Position numbers and translations under genes: made by a program. The notes beneath the pieces are model-generated. The model did not search any database. It was not told the origin of the DNA and saw only the letters and a program-made list of their open reading frames with translations. From the NCBI RefSeq assembly GCF_001194135.2, contig NC_068982.1, positions 77,025,573-77,089,572 on the forward strand: 64,000 nucleotides of DNA. The letters are read 5' to 3'. Numbering within the stretch: position 1 is the stretch's first letter; each line of letters opens with the position of its first letter. Positions 1 through 14,580 of the stretch are shown here, in pieces. This stretch comes from Octopus bimaculoides (taxonomy: Eukaryota).

Positions 1-2859
1 AAACAAAATTAAAATATACATACTTGCATCCATACATAATAGATGGCTGATTCCCATAGCATAAAAATGACTGAGATCAGAACATTCCACCTGAATGGGA
101 TGCTAGTTTGTCACAAGATTGCTCTAGTCCACTTAGCTGTAAATGAGTAATGTGAAGTGAAGTGTTTTGCTCAAGAACACAATACACTACCCAGTCTAGG
201 AATCAAAACCACAACCTTGCAATTGTGAGTGTAACACTGTAACCACTAGGCCATATATCTTCACTTGTGTATAGAATGTCTGAAATACATGGTGGGAGAA
301 TGGCAAGAGCTGAAATATCTTTGATCATGGGTCAGCTTGATCAGAACTGACCTGGGTCTAAATAACTTTATTAATAATGCCTTTCTATTTATAACCTACA
401 ATAATAATGTTTAACTTTGATAATAGCAATAACATTAATGTGTCAATAATCCTAATCTAGTTTTTTTGTTGTTTTTTTTTATAAGAAAATTTTCCTTTAA
501 AAATAATTTTATTACTCTTTCTTCAAATTGGCCCTTTAAATATGTCTGCTTCTATATGTTTTCATCTCATTCCTAAGGGTAAAAATATTTCCTCATTATA
601 GGAGTTATTTCCTTTGATATTTTGCATTAAATATATTAAGTTTCAGAATTTGTAATTTCATTGATCAACATAGAAAAATAGAAAGTTCCAGAAAGTATAA
701 TTCTTGTGAAGATTTAAGAAGTCAACCATTTAAAGGATGATAAATTGAACGACAGTATTTTTTATTCATTCCATTTATGGAATGAAATTATTTTTTTTCT
801 TTTTATAGTACTGGTGTAGTTGTGTGGTTAACAAGTTTGCTTTCCAACCACATTGTTTTGAGTTCAGTACTCCTGCAAGGCATCTTGGGCAAAAGTTAGG
901 TAATATTTCCCTGTATGTGGCCATAGGAAAATATTACCCAACATGGAGACAGTTAGGGGCATCTGGGCATAGAAAATCTGTCTCAAACTCTGTCCAAACC
1001 ATGCAAGTATGTAAAAAGTGGATGTATTAAAACAATGGTGATTTCTGATTTATAAGGTAAGTTACATGAACTGTGTAGATAAAATGCTTTTGCAACTTTT
1101 GAACAGTGATGTTTTTTTCCCAGTATCAGCTTGTATAAGTAGACAATAAGATAGTAAAGCACCAACTACATTATCAAGTGAACCTAAGCACAATATGCTT
1201 ATTTACTGAGAAAATATTTATTCATCACCATCATTTAACATCCATGTTCCATGCTGGCATAGGTTGGGTAATTTGACATAACCAACGGGTCCATTGTCTA
1301 CAGCTAGAAGCCCTTAATACCACTTTACAGTATGCACTGGGTGCCTTTTTTCATACCACCAGCACTAGTAAGATTGTGATTCAGCTTATAAGACTATGAC
1401 CCCTGGGGTGGTGGCTTTATGCAAAAAGATGTGGGGACCAGAGCAGAACAGGTTTCTTGCTGTAGACAAGCTACATGACTTCTCACATTTTAGAATGATT
1501 GGGTAGAGCTGGAACAAAAGATAAAATGGTAATGAGATGTTTGGGTGGACCCTCAAGGTACAAGGTGAATGGAAATGAGTGGGACAAAAAAAAACCCAGA
1601 GTATGTGGATGGATATTGTGAAGAGGATATAATTTGTTGGATATTATAAACCATTTAGGATAGTGTGATTTTTATATATAGTGAAAGTAATCACAGGCTG
1701 TCTCTTTTAAGTTAACCAACACAGATCTCTCCCATTCTTCCAATTGTAAACACTGACTTTGTCATTTAGCCAGGAATCTTGATTTATATTTATATATAGT
1801 TGCTCCTAAAAAGTAGAATTTTGTATTATCACATTTAATATATTATAATGATATTTATTGGAAATCATGACTGGTCATGTCAGTGGTATTCTGGACAGCA
1901 AGAACTGAAAGATCGTGTCCCCTCACTGCTATTGTACAGTGTCTAGGCTGAAAGTCTGAACTCATAATGGGCCAGTCCAAGTAATATCCCGAGTTTTCTT
2001 TGGAGTATAAGACATGCATATGGGTCAGGGGTACAAACCAGCCCCAGTGCCGAATTTCGTTTCTTAAAGTTTGGTACTTATTCTGTCTATCCCTTTTGTC
2101 AAACTGTTAAATTGTGGGGATTTAAACAAATCAATGCTGGTTGCTGGGACACAAGCACACACACACACACATATGCAGCAAGCTTCTTCAGTTTCCATTT
2201 CCCAAATTCACTCAGAAGGCATTGGCTGTCTGGTTGCAAAACAAGCTTGTCAATTGTTCTGCCATTCTTGCACCTGTGTGTGTGTGTGTTATATAAAATT
2301 TTCACAGAAAATTTTAATGCTATGACAGTAACTTGACTGCATTTGCTGCAGATCAGACAAATATCATACTAATTTATAAAGACATATTTGTATTCTAAGT
2401 TGGTGGGGGAGGGGAGTTTGTAACAAAGAACTTCATACAGACCCCAATCCTTTTAGAATTTATGAAGTAAATTTTGTTTTAAATATTTCTGTCTACTATT
2501 CAGAGCTGATAATGTCCATGGTAAGTTATTCTCAATAACAGCACTTGATCCAAAACCAAAAAAATAGTAATGTTCTTGTTAGCAATCTTGCATGAAGCAA
2601 GCAGATATTTGGTTCAATTCCTGTAACAGATCATTGTATGTTTATATATATTAATTTAGTTTTACTATATGTTAATTGGTCTTGTTTGTATAGAATATCA
2701 GCTATTGATAGGCTGGACTATTATAATCTAACAGATCTCCTTTCTCTTTCTAGTTAATTCATTTGGCTGTTATGTCTATAATGGTAAATCAGGCCTATTC
2801 CATGATCAGTCGCAATGCTAAAAGACATATTCATGACTTGTAAGGGCTTGGTCTGGAAC

Positions 2860-4300
2860 CTTTGCACAGCAGCCTGCAACACTCAGAGCTGATCATTGTG
2901 GCGTCTTTCAAAGCACCTTATTCCAACATTGCACTTTGAATAAAACTCTGAGTGAGGGCTCACTTTTCACAGTTGTCAATGGAAATGTGACATGCTAATT
3001 GGATTTGAGGAGGTTCTTATACCTTTTATGTTGACCTCTTTGTAAATATCATCTGTTTGGCTAACTCACCATAAAAGAGAGCATTTAGTATTCAACTGTC
3101 TTCCATTCAAACAATGTATCCTGCTCATTGGAGCTAACTCTTGATGGAATGAGTTTCAGTCTCTTCAGTTCTGCACTGCTGAAGTGCAGTTGTACCATGA
3201 ATCTCTAAGAAAAGCTGCAGATTTTTGTAGAGGAAACTTAGGTGGAACTGCTCTTGTATTTTCACGTGTTAAATTGCCCCACATCTAGGTGTCTCTCTAC
3301 CATATAAAAGTGTGATTAGGACACTAGTTTGTTATACACTATTCTTCATTCATGCTTAGGCAAATTCCATGATCTAACTGGAATCTGTATTAGTCTTCCA
3401 AAAGCAACAGCTTCCATATTTTCACTGATTTTATTGTCTGTTCAAGTGAAAGCCTGTTCTCCCACCTTCTTCCAAAAACAGAACTTCTAGACAACTTCTA
3501 TTTCTTCAGATTTCTTTATGATTGGGTTATGTGACAGTTGGACTGTTTTGGCCTAGAACATGGTTTTTGACTTCATAGTTGATCTTACAAAGTCATTTAC
3601 AGTATTCTTTAAATCTTTGTGGGAGTAGCCCATTAATACACTGTCATCGATGTAAAGGAACTCCTATCTTTTCATTCTTGTTCCTTTCACCCACCCATTC
3701 TAGATCTTTTATTTTCTCAGCTATGAAGCCCTGAGGGAATGAGCTCATCATAGTGGAACTCTTTAATTTTATGGAGTATAATACAACTCCACTAATGTTG
3801 GTGCCACTATAAAATTCTCAGAGCACTAAGTGGATAGAAGTGATTCAAAAGTGTAGAAAAGTAGAGAGAGAGAGTATGAACATGGTGATGGAAATACTGA
3901 CAGAAAGACATTGAAAGCATATTGTGCTACAATGAAATGCACATGGTACAATTTGTAAAGTGGTTGATGTTTGGAAGGGTTTCTACCCAACAAACTATGC
4001 CAAAATGGTTTCCTCACCCATCCAGGAAAACAACCAAACGAGCTTTCACATACCATGATAATGGTTATGTTGGTGATTCTAGAAGAGAATGCAGGAAATA
4101 GCTTAGGATAACTACTATAGTTTTCCTTGTAACAAGGGAAACTATGGCAGAGAAACTTGTTAGTAGCCATAGAAACCATTCTAGTGGTGCAATCTGTCAA
4201 GAACTAATTCCTGTCAATGCAGCTGTTTCCCCTGTGTTGAATATTTGATTATAGATGATAGCTAAACCACTCACTATACTACTTACCAACAATAACAGGT
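2860..4300 (-). mobile_element. Degenerate RTE-clade LINE (RT and 3' end)
   Basis: Minus strand LYIDD at 3657-3643 (YADD motif). C-terminal relic GYIV*MEDS*ILNALFYGELAK...GQHKRYKNLLKSN resembles the RTE/BovB 3' end. Heavily decayed with internal deletions. Confidence 0.7.
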
Positions 4301-4844
4301 GAGGTGTGACGTAGCAACAGCTGGACTTGGAGAACAATCATTGAACAATTGGTCTTTTTCACTTCTAATCTACTTTCTGTTTTAGAGGGTGGTTTTAAAA
4401 GAAACTTACTGGTTTACTCTTCCATGAATTATTTATTTCAGTTGGCCTCTGATAGATGCTTTATAGTATTTAGTTGATTACATGATTTTAATTTTAAATA
4501 TTATTAAGGTTTAACTGCCTTTCATCCCTTTACAGTTCAAGTTGTAGCCCATACCATCTCCATTTGAGTGAGATTTTATATCTAGTTAAAAACGAGAATC
4601 ATTCTCAGATTTTGATCAGTCTTAACCACCAATGTTTTATATTTCCAGTTTCTAGTCACTTGTTACATATGTTCACTTCATTATTCATTCTCAATTGTTT
4701 GAACAAGCCAGATGCATTTTTGTCTGACATTTATATCACATATGTCCTCATTGTAGAAAGAGCATTTCATATCTAAATCTCTACTACTTTAACAAAAGTA
4801 TTAGCTACATCTTTAGATTTAAAATAAAAGACATGAACATGGCT

Positions 4845-5225
4845 GTATGGGTGCAGGCATGACTGTTAAGCTTAAGAATTTACTTCACAACCATGTGGTT
4901 TCAGGTTCAGTCTTGCTGCTTGGAACCCCAGGCCAGCCAAAGACTTATGAATAGATTGGTAAATGGAAACTGAAAGACGTGTGTCTGTGTCTGTGTGTGT
5001 GTGTGAGAGAGAGAGAGAGACTCTTTGTCTCTCCTTGTGACAGTGTGTGATAATTGTTCAAACATGCAAGCACTATCATTCATTTCCAATCTTTAATAAA
5101 AACATGTAATATCATGGGAAATGTTACTTTATTTGAAACAGGAAGGGCATTCACCCATAGAAAATTTGCATCAACAAATTCTATTTGACCTGTGTAAGCA
5201 AGAAAAAGTGGACATTAAAATGGTG
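4845..5225 (+). mobile_element. Family A SINE with tail type 2
   Basis: Same head and core, followed by ..gaaacaggaagggcat..agaaaa..gcaag..aaaagtggacattaaaatg(atg)n. Also at 16165-16610, 33480-33930 and 53633-53910. Confidence 0.8.
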
Positions 5226-5442
5226 ATTATGGTGAGTGATTGCCAGTGGAAGAGCATTCAGTTGACATTTACAAAAAGTTATTGATCAAAGATAATCTTA
5301 AAGAAATAAGACTGTTATAGTATGATTATAACAGAAATGTGATTTTTACAGCTCTCTAAGATTCCATATTATATTACTATAGCAAGATGTGCTTGAGGAC
5401 TAAACTTATCAAAGCTTTATTAAAATGAGAATTTAAGTTTAA

Positions 5443-5605
5443 CCTTTTTGATATTAATGTACTTCCCCTGATATAAACTTCCTATTTTAAAGTGATCTAA
5501 ATTAAAAACTTTCAACATTCATGTTAATTTATATTCCAAAAACCTTTTTAATATTGACAAAGTAATTTAAACTAAATTGATTATTATTTTCACATAATAA
5601 AAGGG
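5443..5605. mobile_element. piggyBac-type (TTAA) MITE
   Basis: TTAA flanks at 5439-5442 and 5606-5609; termini CCTTTTTG and AAAAGGG. Related internal sequence (gatggaaggttttaatttag..tgtatcatagaacc, either strand) at about 10555-10710, 13261-13435, 15470-15580 and 21490-21700. Confidence 0.5.
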
Positions 5606-8600
5606 TTAAGTTTAAAAGACTGGTTTGATGCTTAAATTACAAATTTTAAAATGTTGATCTTATAAGTAGTTTAAGAAACTGAGAATTTGTATTTCATGTA
5701 CATTTAGATTGGCTGTCAATGATAAGAGATCAGGCTATTTTCATAATACTCATTAATTATCTGTATAACTGTCAGAAACTCAACTAGCAATTAAGATAAA
5801 ATAAATAGTTGGCATTTAGAGGTATTTTTCTTATGTTGATCTTGACAGTTTTGTTTTTTTGTTCTTTTTTTCTCCCTATTTGAAAAATTATTTCAGATTT
5901 CCAACTACCTTGACATCAGATAAAATAGTTTTAAAATTTTAGTTTCCTTCCTTGTTTAAATATATATAGTTAAAATACAGAATATGTTTGTATGGTTGTG
6001 TGGTTAAGAAGCCCGTTTCACAAGCACTTAGTTTGGGGTTCAGTTCCAAACTAAGACCTGGGCCAACCAATGCCTTGCATATGAATTCAAGAGACAGAAA
6101 GTGTATGGAGGTTTGTGGTTTGTTTGTATCCTTATAACTTAGTGGTTTTGGGAAAGAAACCAATAAAATAATTACTATAGTTTTAAAAAGATATAAGTAC
6201 TGGGTTGATTTGTTTTTAGTTGGTGCCTAAGCATGGCCACAGTCTAATGACCAAAGCGAAAGCTAAAAATAGCATAGAATATTGAGTTCAAAACACTAAA
6301 GCATTTTGGGAAATTACTGTTTTTGGTTTCCTTGTCAACAAAGGGATTCCTTTCTGATATAAAAAAAAAAATGGGCTTTACACTACTTTTAACATGATAG
6401 ACAGAGTATGGTTAAATGTTAAAAAAGGTTGGCATCACAACTATATGGTTCTGGGTTCAATCCCACTGCATGGCATCTTGTGCAAATGTCATTTTCTATA
6501 GCCACAGGTTAACCCAGACTTTGTGAGTGAAATTGGCTTGATGTAAATTGTATAGAAGCTCATTGGGCAGATTATACATTATCTTTAAATGCCCATATTC
6601 CATGCAGTTATTGGATATATGGTCTGACAGGATCTGATGCTTCTAAGAACTAACTACACAGTGTGTGAGGTACTTTTTCATGGTACCAGCTTGCAAGATT
6701 ACAGTCCCCCTTGACTGGGTGAGACTACTGAAGAGAGGGAAGCAATTTTATGCAAGGAGTTAAGAGGCTGGAACAGAATAGGTTTCTTACTGCAGAGGAG
6801 CAATATGACTACTCATATCATAAAAGAGAAGGTGGGAGTAATGGGCATGGTGCTGGAGAGAGAGAGAAAATGGTAATGTTGATGTGTGAATGGACCCTCA
6901 AGGTACAAGATTAATAGAATGCTGTGTGGCACAGTCTTGTTGTGCACTGTATCATGCTGATTCTACTTGACAGTTACATTAAGGCTATACTTGTTCAGTC
7001 ATTTACATATTACTTCAGGAGCACATAATTCATTTAATCAAAAACTGAATCCTCATTGAATGACAGAGATCCGCCATCAAAAATGTGATCTATATGACAA
7101 TTATATGTACAGTTAGTAAAGGGAGGAAAGACTATATATAATGCATGAGATGAGCTTTGGGAATCAGTTGAGAAAGTGCCAGCATGAATAAGTATGGGTT
7201 TCTGAAAGAAAAACATTGAAATTGTTGTGAAGTTAGTTCAAGGAAGTAATTAGGGCAGACCTTATACAGATGTTAGAAATTAAGACCCTTGGTAAGATGC
7301 TCTCTTGTAAATCTATTCTGCCCCTGTCGTAATGGAAAAGCAAGGGTTAATTTATCAGAAAGATAATTATTGATGCTAGCATGAAGTAGTAGTTGTAGAC
7401 ATTCAAAAATTTGCATAATTGATGGCACTGCAAGATGGACCACCTCAGACCAATCACTTAACTACAAAATATTGCTTGCCATAAAATTCCTACAGCAAAT
7501 GTAATAACCACTCTCTCAATGTAACCAGCTAGTCACTTTGTATTGATATTTGTGAAGTCCTTCATTAATTAATTAATTTTCTGCACCAGTTTTAGCAGTA
7601 TTAGCTAACTGATGTGGCGACAAGTTGCTTTCTTGGAATTCTTTTATTTACTTGAATTATCACTGACCTTAATTCTAAATTACCAACAAAAAAGATAAAT
7701 TATTACTTGTGATGTCTCTGCCATCAATTATCTTTCTTGTGCAATATTGCAATATTAAATATGACACAAATATTTAAGCTGCTAACATTTCTCTGCTGCC
7801 ATTAAATTTCATTACCATTCAGACAGATACCCATAACCTTTGGTAATGTGATTTATCTACTTGAACTCTTAATTACTAACAGAAGGTGCTTTAAATTTAA
7901 ATAACATAGATGATGCAGGCATGGTTGTGTGGTTGAGAAGCTTGCTTCCCAGCCATGTGGTCTCAAGCTCCCACTAAAGGGTATCTTGGACAGATGTCCT
8001 CTACTGTAACCCCAGGCCTTAACCAAAGCCTAATGAGTAGATTTGGTGGACAGCAACTGAAAGAAGTGCATGTGTGTTTCTGTGTACCCTTGTCTTGACA
8101 TTGCAAGAGGGTTGTTGTGAATGAGCATCACTGTCATACAAGTGATGTCTATTTCCTTGCTTAGAAACAGGTGAGAGCATTTGAAAGTAATTAAGTTCTA
8201 CCTTGTTAACCTACTTCCATTTAAAATTCTCAGAGGGTGGAAAAAGAAACACATTTTAAACTACTCTATCCAGAGTTTTGTATATACTTTTGTGTAAATT
8301 GTCCTTAAAGAAATAAGATAAGTGGTTGCATTTAGTTCTTGTGTATAAATGCAAACCCTAGAATTCTAGGCTTAAAAATCTGTAGGGATGCATTTATTAT
8401 ACACAAATAAGTATGGTATTTAAACTTGAAGACTAGTGCACCTCAAAGATCCAGGAAAGTTCCAAGCTTAGCAAACATGGAGAAATATATTTCAGATCCA
8501 ACTAACTCCTGCTAGTAAGGCAATGGATGTTAAAACGATTATGAGGTTTCCAAATACAAGGTCAATTTAATATTTTGAATCTCTTTGCCAACTTTGTAAT

Positions 8601-9039
8601 ATTTTAGGGTGTCTTTTGATTTCAAAGTTTTCTACAATGACCAAATATGTTTTGATATGCTCATTTTGGTAGATGTTGCCTTCTTAGATTTGTGAAATCA
8701 TTACAGCTATTGTTTAACTTGAACATCAGCAGGAAATATATATTGACAGGTGAGAAATTCCAGAGTGTTGGTATCTTATAATGGAAAGATTGGGAGGCTT
8801 AACTGGTAAAATAGTTGTATACCACCTTCACTCAATCTATCTTTTCTCATTCTAACTAGTTCAGATTGCACATCAGTGGGCTACAGAATGCCCTGGAGTT
8901 TAAGTTATGTATTTGCTTGCATGTTTTTCTTTTTTATTTTTGTCATACCTAGAACATCCATTATAGAGATTGTTTCTGTCTTCAAGTCACCCTAAAGAAG
9001 TCAAAATAGAATCACTTATGCTTAGCAAAGAACTTACTA

Positions 9040-10545
9040 TAGGAAAAAATAGATATGAGGGATAACTGGTTAGCAACCTAGAAGAGGTGATTAGCAAAGG
9101 CATCGTGACCAATGTGCTTGCAGCAAGAACAGCACTTCACCATTTCTTCAAGATGAAGCACAAAGGCTGTATTGTCAAAGCTAAGGCCCAAGTGGTGGAG
9201 ACGCAACATGGCAACAAAACCATAATCAAGATCCAAGCAGATGCATGCAGCACTTCAGGTGGCTGTTTGATGAAGGTGATGAGTCAACAACAATAACAAA
9301 TATTAGTTCATGCCTGGATAGCCTGCTGCAGCTCTCAGCTGCAGATGCAAGGCTCTGTAAAAGCCAATAACAGCCACTCAAATATGGGAGGTGATGAGCA
9401 GTTGCATAAGTTGCAAATTTGCCCAGTTTGGATGGTCTACCTTATGAATTCTACAAATGCATTGAGATTTGTTTAGTGGCTTTTTAGCTGACATCTACTG
9501 TAAGTAACAGCAGAATGGGAGAATTCCTAGTGCTGTTAGCCAGGGTGTGATAGCACTGCTGAGGAAGGACACCAACAAAGGGAACAGGCAAGAAAATTTG
9601 CAGCCCATAACTATGCTAAACACAGTTTAAGATTTTGGCCATGGTGTTAGTGAAAAGGTTGGCGCTTGTCATTGGTAGTCTAGTTGAGGAAGCGCAAACC
9701 TCTGTGATTCCAAACAAGTCTGTCAACGACAACCTCCACCTTATGCAATACATCAGAGAACTGGGATGGAGCTGACTACAGAAGGGTTCTGGTCAATTTG
9801 GATCAATGAAAAGTATTCGATATGGTCGACCATCATTACTTGGAAGCTGTCCTGAAATCGGCTGGGTTCAAACTGGTTTTCAGAGGTTGGGTCACTGCAT
9901 TGCACAGCAGTACCTGCTTTGGTCAAAGTAAACAGTCACCAACTGGAACCATTTCACATCACACTCTCAGTCTGTCAGTCACCTCTTCTGTATATGCTGG
10001 CTCTCAAGCTACTATCACAGATGTTGGAACAATTGAGGTGCATCCCTTTTGAACTGGGACACATGAGAGCAGTGTCAGCATATGCAGATGATGTCACTAT
10101 CATGGTGTCGGACACCTCCAAAGTGGAGATGGTTAGCACCATTCTAAAGGAATAGGAAGTAGTGGCAGGGGCCAAAGTCAGTACCAAGTCAGTAGGCTTG
10201 CAACTGGGCACCTGGAGAAGCAGGCTGATGCCGTTGAACACTGGACTGATGAGCCAGTTAAACTACTTGTCTGGTTCAAGAACTGGAGTGAGGTGATAAA
10301 CAGGATGGTCTTAAACAGAAATGGGCTGAGAAGTTGTTCCTGAAAGGTTGGGTAGAGATGGTGACTGCCTACATTACCTCCAATATTATTTATCACTTGA
10401 CCATCATGCCTGTCCCCAGCTATTTGATCAGGTACAAACATCTGTTATTTATTTTCTTGTGGAAAGGTTGCATTCTAATGGTCAATCTGCTACTAGCACC
10501 CTCTGCATAGCAGCTTAGGCATGCTGTGGCTTCTGATGTGCAGAC
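9040..10545 (+). mobile_element. Degenerate L1/Tx1-clade non-LTR retrotransposon ORF2 (RT) fragment
   Basis: VDHHYLEAVLKSAGF..GWVTALHS (RT domain after AFD), VNSHQLEPFHIT..SPLLYMLAL, SAYADD (YADD at 10081-10092), EVVAGAKV. Frameshifted and truncated. Confidence 0.85.
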
Positions 10546-13500
10546 ACATGCTGTCATTATTAAACTAGTATCTGGAACATAAATTATGAAATATTGAAGG
10601 AAGGTTTTAATTTAGAACACTTTAAAACAGATGGAAGGTTTTAATTTAGCAGTTTGTATCAAAAAACCAAGGGCAGTCTCAGGTGGATTGCTATCTAAAA
10701 TGTTAAGAAATGATATATCTTCATTAATAAATTTCTTTTGATGTGAAACATCACTTAGAAAGATGAAAATCTAACAGAAGATGGGTGAGAGAGAGAGATA
10801 AATAAAAACGTGGGAATCCCTATGATACTAAAAGCAGTAAAATTGAACATTGAGGAATAGAAAACTTCTAAAATAGTATTACAAGGTCCAGTACACATTT
10901 TATGTAGAGTCCACTCTAAAATTTCAATGTATAAAACATTAATGCAATAGAAGGAAAAGAAATTAATAATAATGATTTCTTTTATTTGCCACTGGAGTGG
11001 GGGGCAATACAAAGACAGACATAAAGTATGGGGGGGTTACATAATAATGAAATTATATATATAAAAATGTTGAAAGTACACACAGTATACAATGAGACAA
11101 GGAAGGGAAGTATACATAGTAATCAACAGACATATGGTCCTCCTGATACAATAGGGCCTCTAGGGACAATCAAGGGCATCTGGCCATAAAAAATCTGCCT
11201 CAGTCAATTGTCCAACCCATGCAAGCATAGAAGAGTGAATGTTAAGCTGATGATGATGGCAATACTGATACAAGGTGAGATTTCAAACTAACTCCAAAAT
11301 TGCTATATTAATTATTCATACACTTTATATTGTAAACTAATACTACTACTTTCATTATCATAACAAAGGTAATGTCAAATTGACCAGACATACCTGTCTT
11401 GCAATTGGCAACATAGACAACTGTTAAAATACCTAATGAACTATAGGTTCAAATGTTAGTGACGTCTGGAGATTAAGTTCTACTTGTGACTAATGTAATG
11501 GATGAGATTTACTTTTTGAATAGGCTTGCTGCTATAAATAATTGCCAACAAATCTAAGAGAAAACTGTATATTAAGTACTAACTGCTATTTTTTTGCCAA
11601 AATAGCTGTTTATAAGAAAAAAAATATGCCATGGTTTAGGAGCATGTCTTGGAATTATTTTATCCTAGCAAATATGAAACGTCTTATAATTTTTCATGAT
11701 AAAATATGATATATGTTACATTCCAAACCAGCTACTTGTGACTGGTATCAGCCAAGAAGGATAGTTCTATCAGCTCACTCACTCAAACTTTTTTTTTTTT
11801 TTAGTGGATCTCGAAGCAGATGATAAAGCTATAGATAATAGCATGTAAATATTAATTTTAAAAAACCCTTTTGGATACAAAATGTTGGGCAGCAAGACAC
11901 CTAAAGAACTATTACAATAATACTATAGTTCTTATGAATGTATATTCCACTCAGTGATACTATAAACCATTAGAGCATGAAAGACATGTATGAGCCATTC
12001 AAAACATACAAAAACTGTTAACTTCACTTAAACATTATTTGGTGTCAACTGCAGTAGAAGCATATCAGTGACCAGGTTGCAATTGATGTGATGAAAATTA
12101 TGATGCCATATAATATATTTTTAACCTTTTAACTGGAATATTATATTTCATGATTATTCCAGTAATGATGTTAAATGGTTTCAAACATGACTTTCCTCAA
12201 CAAAAGAAACATTGGTATATAAAACTGCTTTCCGTTGTTAAGGGTATGCCATACATGATAGACAATTGATCAAAATAAGGTGTACCTACAGGTATTGAAA
12301 TTGTATCTTTATGTATCTTCCATCTTACCACATACCAGTTTGAGCTTGTTAAATGTTTCATGTTAATTGTGCCAAGTAACATGAATTTCTTGTGGAAATT
12401 TTACCCAGCAATTATTGATAGTCTGCATCTGAACTAAAACATTTGGGTTCAATTTTATTGAAGACTGTTTAACTTTGAATTATTCTTGACAATTTCTGCT
12501 GCTTGTGTCTTTTAAGTTTTATTACTATTTACATATTCCATCACCATTTAAATCAAAACTTGCATTTCATTCTTATAAAGATTACTGTAGGTAATTTTGG
12601 TCAATATCTGTTAAAATGAGATGTCAGTTTTATTTTCATTTTTGTGTAATTTAGACGACAGTTTATTCATCACGTATGCATGCACACACACACACACGTA
12701 CAATGGGCTTCTTTAGTTTCCATCTATTAAATCCACTCTCAAAGCTTTGGTCAGCCCAGTGCCTTAGAAGGAGACACTTAACCAAAGTGTCACACAGGGG
12801 ACTAAACCCAAAAACCATGTAGACAGGAAGCAAACTTTTTAACCACACAGCCAGACCTGTACCTATTTTTGAAAGAATATTTCAAAATAAAAGTGGTTTC
12901 ACAGTATCCAGCCTAAACTCAATAAATATAACCTGTACCTTACATTACAAGAATATTCCCTGCTGAGTTAGATTAATTTTCTTTGAGACAAGTTTAATCA
13001 TGTGGGATTGAAGAGTAAAACCATATTTTTGACATCAAGACTGTAGCACTGAAATTTGTTTCATCTTTGTGCAAAGAGTATTTATATTAATATTTTTATG
13101 ACAAATAACCTAAGCATAAAGAAGTGGGAAAAAATGTATAGAGGATTTACATTTTTCCCCATGGACCTCATTGGTTCATGTGGGGGAAAAGGGAGTTTGC
13201 ATGTGATCACGACCCATTAGAAATAGCAGTTTAATCCATCATAATCACACTTTACTATCATTAACCTTTTTGTTACTATATTTCTAATGTACTACACAAC
13301 CATTGTTTCAATTAATTTAGAAAACAGTGAAGAATTTAGTGAAATAGTTATTAAGCTGATGTTTGAAGTTAACATATTTTGATGGAAAATTTTATTATAA
13401 ACAGAAAGCTTATGTCATAGAACCAGGGTATCAAAATAATTTTTTTAAAATATATAGGATACAACATATATTATAATGTAGTATTAGATGCCCTTTGATT

Positions 13501-14029
13501 TATAATAAACAACATGTATATAAGGTGTAGGCATGCCTCTGTGGTTAACAAATTTGCTCTGCAACCACATGGTTTCAAGTTCAATCCCACTGTCTTCTAT
13601 TATAACTCTGGGTAGACCATTGCTTTGTGAGCATATTTTATGAATGGAAATTTATATAAATCTCTTGTATGCAAATGTATATGAAAATTGATATTTTGCT
13701 TGTTGCTGTTTGAGCAAAGTAATGCTGATGTCTGTACTTACAAAATCCTTTAAATGAAAACCAAGTGAGGGTTAACAAGAGAAAGTGCATCTGACTGTAA
13801 AAATGCTGACTTAAAATCAATTCTTGCCCAAGCCACATTAGATGGGAAAACAAACATTATGCAAAAGATATATTTTTACTACTCATACCTTGAATTTTTC
13901 CATGTAGTTCTATTTAAAACAGACATTGCTAACTGGATAATGGATAATAAGAAGCAAAGAAAGGATGAATTGGGCATAAGAGTTGACAATGTACATGCTT
14001 TTTGTTTTTGTTTTTTTATATAGTCTGGT

Positions 14030-14580
14030 GGATGAAGCTGAACCCTTGACCCATGCAGGCCATCCAAACTAGTGACATAAATGCTGTTAATGTTCTGTTT
14101 GAAATGTTGCAAGTCAACATCTGCAGGAAAGACATGAATGGTGGGGAGATTCCAGAGGGCTGATGTTAAAAGGATGAGGGCTTAAACATAGTGGTTAGAT
14201 GGCAGCAGCAGAGACAAGGGGGTCTGAGCACCTTTGTGGAAGAGAACAGAGGTTTTTATAGTTGCAATAGAAAGATTGGAAAAGGAAAGAGTATGTCTGT
14301 GGATTAGAGGCTAGAGTGCGTCTGTTAGTGGTTCTTTTCTGAGTGCAGTCTGGGATGTCTGTATGTATAGAAAAACACCATCTTAGATGTGGGTGCAGTA
14401 CTTCATTGTTGGCCTCACTTGAGCCTTGTAAAGGATCAACAACTGTTGAGGACTGAAACATCTTCTGGCCCTGAAGAAAAGACTTGGTCTTTGGGATGCA
14501 GTTTTGTGTTATGGATATGCTTCTACCAAAAGAAATCCTTGATGATGGCAAGACCTAGCCTTTGGAGTAACTTGAGGGTT
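14030..14580 (-). mobile_element. CR1/L2/Jockey-group LINE 3' fragment
   Basis: Minus strand LYKAQVRPTMKYCTHI*DG (about 14433-14377) and TSALWNLPTIHVFPADVDLQHFKQNIN, both typical C-terminal motifs of these ORF2 proteins. Confidence 0.78.

Noticed and set aside
7030-7900. Possible very old RTE-like LINE relic on the minus strand
   Set aside because: Only partial motifs (VDK.., LRW); not enough to support by eye.
12040-12420. Faint piggyBac-transposase-like words (VAID.., HWYIKL)
   Set aside because: Too degenerate, no consistent frame or TIRs; needs a profile search.
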